Source of the DNA: the human T2T-CHM13v2.0 reference genome, Homo sapiens
Direction: 5' to 3' (one strand)
Length of the DNA stretch: 64,000 bases
Assembly: GCF_009914755.1 (NCBI RefSeq)
Contig: NC_060932.1
This document shows, one piece after another, positions 55,770 to 64,000 of the stretch. Position 1 is the stretch's first letter. Each line of letters opens with the position of its first letter. The notes beneath the pieces were generated by a model. That model did no database searches, had not been told where the DNA came from, and was given only the letters and a program-made list of their open reading frames with translations. The position numbers and the translations under genes are program-made.

Positions 55770-57555
55770 CCCTTCTATCTGAAGCAATCTACAGATTTAA
55801 TGCAAAACTTATCAAAATTCCAATGACAATCTTCATAGAAATAGAAAAAATCTGAAAATTTGCATAGACTCACAAAAGATCCTGAATAGCCAAAGTAGTC
55901 TTGAACAAAGCTAGAGACATCACACAACCTGATCTCAAAATATACAACAAAGCTATAGTAATCAAAACATCATGGTATTAGGATAAAAACAAACATAAAA
56001 ACAATGGAATAGGACAGAGAGCCCAGAAATAAATCCACACATTTACAGTCAATTGATTTTTGACAAAAGTGCCAAGAACACGTAATAGTAAAAGGACAGT
56101 CTCTTCAATAGATGGTATTGGGACAACCAGATATCCACAAACAGAAGAAACAAATTAGACCTTACCTCACACCAGCTACAAAAATCAACTCAAAGTGGTT
56201 TAAAAACTTAAATGTAAAACCTGAAACTATAAAAATAGGAATAAAACAGGGGGGAAAGCTCAATGACATCAATCACTGTCATTTGATGTCATTGAGCTTA
56301 AAAAATGATTTTTTATATATAAACCTAAAATCAGAGATAATAAAAGCAAAAATAAATACATGAAATTACATCAATCAAAAAAGCTTCTGCACAGCAAAGG
56401 AAACAAGTAAGAGTAAAGGCACAACATACAGATTTATAGAAAATATTGGTAAAACATACATCTGATGGAGGGTAAATATCCAAAATGTATAAGAAACTCC
56501 AACAATTCAGTAGTAACAAAACAAATAATTAAAAACAGGCAAAATATCTGAATAGACATACTCAAAAGAACACATACTAATGGCCAACAGGTATATGACA
56601 AAATGCTCAACAACACTAGTCATTAGAGAAATAGAAATTAAAACGAAAATGAGATATTATCTTACACCTGTTAGAATGATTATCACAAAGTCAAATGATA
56701 ACAAGTGTTGGCAAGGATGTGAAGAAATTAGATCTTTGTGTACTATTGGTAATATAAATTAGTATAAGCATTATAGAAAACATTATGGAGATTCCTTAAA
56801 AAAATAAAAATAGAATTACCTTTCTATTTTTGCCTTTCTAGTTTTATTTTCCATCCAGAAATCTCATTCATGGGTATATATCAAAAGGATTTGAAATCCA
56901 CATGTTGAAGTGGTGTCTGTACTCCTGTGTTTATTGCAGCATTATTTACAATAGCCAAGTTATGGAATCAACCTAATTGTCCATCAACAGATGAGTGGGG
57001 AAAGAAAATGTGGTACACATACGCAGTGAAATACTAGTCGTTATTACAAGAGAAGAAAATTCTGACATTTGCAACGACATGAAAGAACCTGGAAAACATT
57101 ATGCTAAGTGAAATAAATGAAACTGCTCTTCAACAGTTTCTTTGTAAACCAGGCACCAAAGGAAAAATACCACATGATTTCACTTAATGTGGAACCTAAA
57201 ACAATGAAACTGATATATGTAGAGAGTAGAATGGTGGTTACCAGAAGCTGGGTGTGGAAGGAATGGGGAGATGATGGTCAAAGGGTGCAAAGCTTCAGTT
57301 AGATAAAGGAATAAGCTTTTGAGATTTATTGCCCAGCATAATGACTATAGTTAATAATAATGTATTGAATTAATACATTTCAAAATCACTGAGAGTAAAT
57401 TTCAAGTGTTCTCACAACAAAAAACGGTATTTGAGGTATTTGATATATTGTCTTGCTTTAATTGTTCCAAATTGTATACATGTATCATAATATCACTTTT
57501 TACCCCATAAATATATGCAATTATAGTTTGTCAAATTACAATAAAATTTAAAAAT
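55770..57555 (+). mobile_element. L1MA-type 3' region (ORF2 C-terminus and 3'UTR)
   Basis: ORFs 56112-56363 and 56580-56762 give L1 ORF2 peptides ([17 protein letters not shown]; MRYYLTPVRM); 3'UTR gtaaatttcaagtgttctcac..ataaatatatgcaattatagtttgtcaa. Confidence 0.9.
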
Positions 57556-60413
57556 ATTTTAATTACTGAATTTTAAAACTTCATTCAGTAATTAAACAAC
57601 CACACGTTAATCACTGGGAAAGCGAAGATGAATAACACATTATTCTGACCCTGTGAAATTTCAATCTTGTCTAAAGATAGTTAATAATCAACTGATGGAA
57701 TGCATTTATAGTAGTTAATCATATAAAATTTTACAGACCCACTGAAAAGTAGTTATTTTGCCTCAGTGGAGGTGTCTGCAAACTTGATAAAGATTTACTG
57801 AGAAGGCAGAATTTGACTAGGATCACGAAGAAGAAATCAAATTTTGAAAAGAAATGTAAACAGTGTATGCAAAAACATTGAATTGGTTTGCAATTGTATG
57901 AAAATGCTACTTGTTCAACAACCTCATTGTGAACCCAAGATCACTTTCCAATCAGATTAATTAATAATCAATACAATATTTCTTCAAGATTTCACTGGAT
58001 ATCTTTACAGAATCTGACTTGTTCATTTTTTGAATTAGGAAATATTTTCTAAGCTAAGTTTTGCTTTCTGTGCTTTTACTCCATTCTTTTTTTCTCAGAT
58101 ATTGACTCAAACTAAAGTGAGATTTTATAGTTATTTACAGCTATTGTTTGTCCCATTTCTGCACTTAGCTCAAACATCTTCAGAACATTGTTAAAATGGA
58201 TAATTTTCATATATTTTCAACAAACTAAACAATTTAAAATTAATACAATGGTCATCCACAAGTGGTTGACCAAATACTATGTAATACTTCAAATACTATG
58301 TAATACTTCAAATATTTGTTTAGAAGAGCTAAAAAAAAAGAATAAAATAATAAAATTATGAGTCAAACACAAAAATGAAAACACTTACCTGAGCTATATT
58401 TTTATTCTTATAGTTCCTGCCTTTTTTCTTTCCTCAAATATGAAGTTGATGGGCTAAAATTAATTAATAACCAAACAGGTGATTGTGCAATGTTTATTGT
58501 GTGATTACTGCATGCTTTCCACTATACTTGGATCTCTAGGAAATATATAGTAATTATACATATGTGTGTATGTGTGTGTATGTATTACAGGTAATCTTTC
58601 CTTGAGGGCTTTTTAAATCTATATGTGCAAACAAGACCAGTTGAATAGCAATTGGTAAGCTTGCTTATAACTGTTGCATTGTATTGTGGCTGTTTTTTAG
58701 AACAAAAGTTGTCAATGACCTTTAAGAATTTACCTGATAAAAGTAGATGAATAATTTAAAGTGTTTCTGCCTACTTGTGAATGTTTATGACCCTGGTAGA
58801 AGAATCTTACCAGACAGGAGGCAAAAACAAAAACAAAAACAAAAACAAAAAACTGACAAAATGACCTTAACTTTGTCCAGTGAATTTAAAATTTGCTCCT
58901 CAGGATTCTTGAGCTTTGATTCTAGTTTCCACAAACTTTCAGGCTCTTGGGGCTATAGTTGGATACAGCTTCTAATGCTCTGTTACACAGTGTGATCTGT
59001 CTCTTTTTCCTTGAGCAAAGTTGAAATAGGTTGATATTAACAAAAACAAAATCTCAAAAAAAAATCAAATGTTAAAAAAATATCAAGGGAAAATAGAAGA
59101 ACAATATAAAGTGCAAATGTAACAGTGTGAAAACATTCCAGACTAGTTGCTTCTGAAGAGAAGTTGTCTTTAGTGTTCACCTGTCTTACCATCTTCTTTT
59201 CATATTTTGCGTATTCTAATGGACAACCCAACCGCCACATTTAGCTCCTGCAATACCATTTAAAAGTGAATTCCAAATCAAAATTGCTCTCCCAATCCCA
59301 TGCTTTAAATCCATGATCCAGATATATAACTACCTATTTGAGATAGAAGTGAATCCCAGAAACTCAATTACAACTGAACGTAAAACCTCCTCTCCTATGT
59401 GAATCAACTTGAATGTTTTCTCTTGTACTTTATTTTGGCCAGTGTTAATTGTTTTCCATGGTGTTCTTTAGCTGAAGGACATTGATGCTGGCACATTTAA
59501 TGTCAAGTAAATGAAAATAGTTTGTGTGAGATGAGAAAAATTATACTCAGTATTAAAGTACATATCAGTACAAAGAAATAAAATAAGTTTTAAGTAATTT
59601 TTAATTCACTAAAAAGTTGACATTGGTTAGTTACTAACGTGCTTTCCAGAATAAATGTAGAAATTGATGAAGAAAATTGCCTAGAGAACACTGATGGGAT
59701 ATTCATCTTAGAGTCACTTATCATTTCATTGTTAGGATATTTCCAAAAACTTCTCCCTATACAAAGTTGATATAATGGATATCAATAATAATAGATAAAT
59801 ACAATAGGTATTCTTGATGAAGAATAGGGAAATTTCACCTAGGATTCTAAATTACATCTAGAAATCTATAAGTTTCTCACATCAAAAACCTTTGCATAAG
59901 ATTTCAATTAAAGAATTATTCTTAGTTGAGCAAATTTTTTAAAATAGCCCAATTATTTAAAAAACACAAAGCGTTTGAATTCTTATGTAATTTATATCAA
60001 TATCATTATTATTAATGTGATTTCTACCTTAGTTTATATTTCCCAGAAAATATTTTCAAGAATGGTTACTATGTATCCTTCCTGAATATTGTATATCATT
60101 AACACAAATAAAGCAGAATAATTTTATAAACTGAATCCTTGAGTAAAGAGAGGTACTTTATTAATTCAAAGAACATTTATGTAGCCTATATTTTATGCTA
60201 GTTACTATAGAAAAAGATATAAATACCTCTTTTACAGAATTCCTACAAAAATGTTAAATTTATATTTTAATTTTATATAGAATACTGAATACATGTTTAC
60301 TTCACATCTTCCCAGGTAAATGATGGATATAAATAAATATTCATCTTTTCTTCTGCTTCAATTCCAGCCTCCTTCACTGGAGTGAGACACAAACATAAAT
60401 TAAGATTAAACCT

Positions 60414-60712
60414 GGCCGGGCGCGGTGGCTTCACGCTTGTAATCCCAGCACTTTGGGAGGCTGAGGCGGGCGGATCACGAAGTCAGGAAATCGAGACCAT
60501 CCTGGCTAACACGGTGAAACCCCGTCTCTACTAAAAACACACAAAAAAATTAGCCGGGCGTGGTGGCGGGCACCTGTAGTCCCAGCTAGTCGGGAGGCTG
60601 AGGCAGGAGAATGGCATGAACCCGGGAGGCGGAGCTTGCTGAGCCGAGATCACGCCACTGCACTCTAGCTTGGGTGACAGAGGGAGACTCCGTCTCAAAA
60701 AAAAAAAAAAAA
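60414..60712 (+). mobile_element. AluY, full length, CpG-rich
   Basis: ggccgggcgcggtggc start, atcgagaccatcctggctaacacgg, gaatggcatgaacccgggaggcggagcttgc. Confidence 0.96.
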
Positions 60713-61689
60713 TGGTTTAAACTTGGAAGGGTCCACACAATTTAAACAACAATCAGAGATTGCATCACATAAATACATTAATATATTAGCTATAATTAAT
60801 GTAGATAAGAAGGATTATGAGACCATAGAGGATAAACAAACTTGCTTTGCTTAGAAGATTGAAAGCTACTAAGTAAGGCTAGTTGGTGAAGAGGATGAAA
60901 TAGTACGAAAGAAATGTAAAAAGAAAATATGTTTCTGAGCAGTTTCTCTTACATATGATTCTTTGCCAATAATATGCACTTAAAGTAAAATATTATTTCC
61001 TGACTGTCCTCTGAAAGATGGCTACTTATTTACTGATACGTTGTATATTTTCACCCAGTCACCTTTGTGAACTACAGTGACTAGGGTGGCAGAATTCTTG
61101 TCCTGTAACTAATGCCCACATACTGTACCAAAAAAAATTGGTATTTGTGAAAAAGTATTATTTGACTTATAATGTGTTATTCTCTATGACTGCATATATT
61201 AAACATGATATATCAATCAAGATTAATAATTTGTGTGAAATATTTGCTTAGTTGAAATATTTGGTTAACTTAGAGAAAAGCTAACATGTGGACAAATTAT
61301 AACCCCAAATAATTATATGCTTATATATATATCTTCCCAACATGCCAAAGGTGATATACACCTTTTCTTTTATTCTACATTAAATTCTAAGAAATGTTAG
61401 CAGTCTATGTAATGCTACTATGCTTTCCATAGTTAAATGTTTTAGAAAATATTTCATTTTTATTTTTATCTTTGAGAGTCACATTATTATGTTAAATGTT
61501 TTGACAATTTCTTGGGGAAAAATGCTCTATTCAAGGTTTTTAAAACTATTTTTGGTCCAGTAATGTTTTTTTGTTTCAGAAAAACATCTGTTGAGTATTT
61601 TGATCCATATTGGTATCCTGTGAAACATTATGTGGGAAGTGCTAGCATAGAGGATTAACAATACAGTGCATATAACCTCTTAAAGTATT

Positions 61690-62340
61690 GAAGAAATCAT
61701 ATTTATCTAATGTGTATTGAAAAGCATATTGCAAAATGGTAACATTAAAAGCTGTGAGAAAACATCCAGTGTCATTCATTACAAGTGGGAGTTTAAAATG
61801 TCACAAACCTATTTTGTAGGGAGATCCTGCAGTCCTATCAAACTTTCTAATACATCACACGCTTTGCCCTAGCAATTTTAGTTCTAGAAATTTAACCCAT
61901 GTATATATTGGCACATGTACAACATACAGAAGTTCAAAGTCATTTATTACATTATTGTTTGTAATAACTTGAGATTGAATTGCTAATGGAAATCTTCATT
62001 GACAGGAAACTGTTTATATATATTATACTATATAAACATTCAATAGCATGAGAAAGCTTTCTGTGTTTTAAAAAATCTTCAAGATACATTCAATAAAAAA
62101 AATGAGATGCAGAAAAGTATGTGAGAAGAGAAAGGTAATGTTGGTAAACACATGAAAGGAAATACTCCCTTCTGTACACACAAAACTATCTCTCCAAGAA
62201 TAAAAAACGAATTAATAGGACAGGTTTATGAAAATTAATGAATATGGGGACAGAAATAGAGGAAGAATTTGTACTATATCTTTTTAATCTTTCTAATATT
62301 TGAAAAATGTGAATGCATTAAAATGGAAAAACTTAAATAA
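61690..62340 (+). mobile_element. Ancient L1ME-like 3' fragment
   Basis: tttgccctagcaattttagttctagaaatttaaccc; ttcaagatacattcaataaaaaaaatgagatgcagaaaagtatgtg. Confidence 0.55.
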
Positions 62341-62349
62341 TTACATTCA

Positions 62350-62806
<457 letters not shown>

Positions 62807-64000
62807 TCAGTGGCACATGAAACAAAAAGAACAAAATCTAACAAAAATGATAGTACAGTTTTGCACATGTTAAACACTTAAGGAATGCATAAATATCACA
62901 ATGATTATGGAACTTTATCTTGAGAAAAACCTCAAGTGTGCTTTTGGAAGTGTATATCAGAAGGGTTGCGGCTTGTGAGTTATTGTGTAGAGGAGGAACA
63001 AGGAGGATCTGAAATCTGATGGACAGTTGTCACAGTAGATGTCAATGGGTGTGTCCCCTGACATGCATGGTGAACTGAGGTAGCTGGTAGGATATTTGCA
63101 TGTGAGTATTTTTGCATACTTCTATTCAGCTAGATTCAACAGAGTACAGTTGTCTGAGTTCACATTGTCTATGGTTGGGAGAGTCGGGTATAAACAAAGG
63201 CAAAATTCCACTACACTCAAACTGTTGCCTTGAAATGTCAATCACATTGGAACGAATTCAAGTTTTCAAAACAAGTGTTATTGAAGAGCTATTAATTTTC
63301 GCCATGTAATTTTTTTCACATATTAAACTTGTGAAAAAATTTTACTCTGTTGATTCATAAAGATTCTTAAAATTAGCATTAACGTTTCACACTTTAAACT
63401 CGTTACACATGAATTTGACTTTCACTCTCTAAATATTTGTGTATATCATTGTTACCTACACAGTGTCAATTGTGTTCTGAGAGTTGGAAATGAAATTGCA
63501 ATATAAACAATAAGGTATGGCTGGATTCCATTACTAGAATAGTGTACCAAATCCTTTATACATGAAATTTGAGGTGTACTTTCCCAAAACAATTGCTACT
63601 AGAATTTGCCATTACCTACATGGAACAGTGGATAGGGATGGAGGGACACATGAACACCAAAAAAGACTTTAAATAAAGAAACCACTTATTAAGTTACTAT
63701 GTTACTGGGTCAATGTTATGGTTTCTACTTTTTTATAGTTCTAAGAAATACTTAAAACTGTCACTTAATAATGATGCTTGTAATTAGTTACATGGCACTA
63801 TCCAAGGTAAAAGTTCTTGAACTACATCTTAATAAGAGAAAATGAAATGTAAAAAAAAAAATAGATTGGATAATGTAATTGCTTTGAGGAAAAAGAAATC
63901 GATTAACTCCATAAGCTCAAAGCAATAATAATAAAAAAGCAAACTTCTGGTCAGATTTTTTTAAGGTTTTAAAACATGTTCTATAAAGTAAAACATCTAC

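Overview
AT-rich primate genomic DNA, most likely human or great ape (AluY, L1PA2/3-type and LTR7/HERV-H elements are present). It looks intergenic or deep-intronic, and I cannot name the locus. I find no credible host protein-coding gene, tRNA, rRNA, CpG island or CRISPR array; every meaningful ORF in the track comes from a retroelement. Main content: (1) a complete, internally deleted HERV-H provirus (46860-52392, 5-bp TSD, tRNA-His PBS, intact major splice donor) whose two LTR7s differ by a 51-bp U3 repeat unit; (2) a 4.4-kb L1PA5-like ORF2-only element inside an L2, itself interrupted by a younger L1PA2/3-type 3' fragment; (3) a twin-primed 5'-inverted L1PA4-like insertion with a 14-bp TSD; (4) 13 Alu-family copies plus MaLR/ERV1 LTRs, Tigger2a, MADE1, a Tc2/Kanga-like DNA transposon and old L1M/L2/MIR debris. 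The least expected pattern is a set of short, locally templated duplications and fold-back inversions with junction palindromes (about 3.9-4.15 kb, 41.8-42.35 kb and several in 56.2-57.4 kb), which resemble fossil scars of template-switch or polymerase-theta-type repair. I see no evidence for a new multi-gene biological system. Subfamily names come from recalled consensus sequences and need RepeatMasker/Dfam confirmation.
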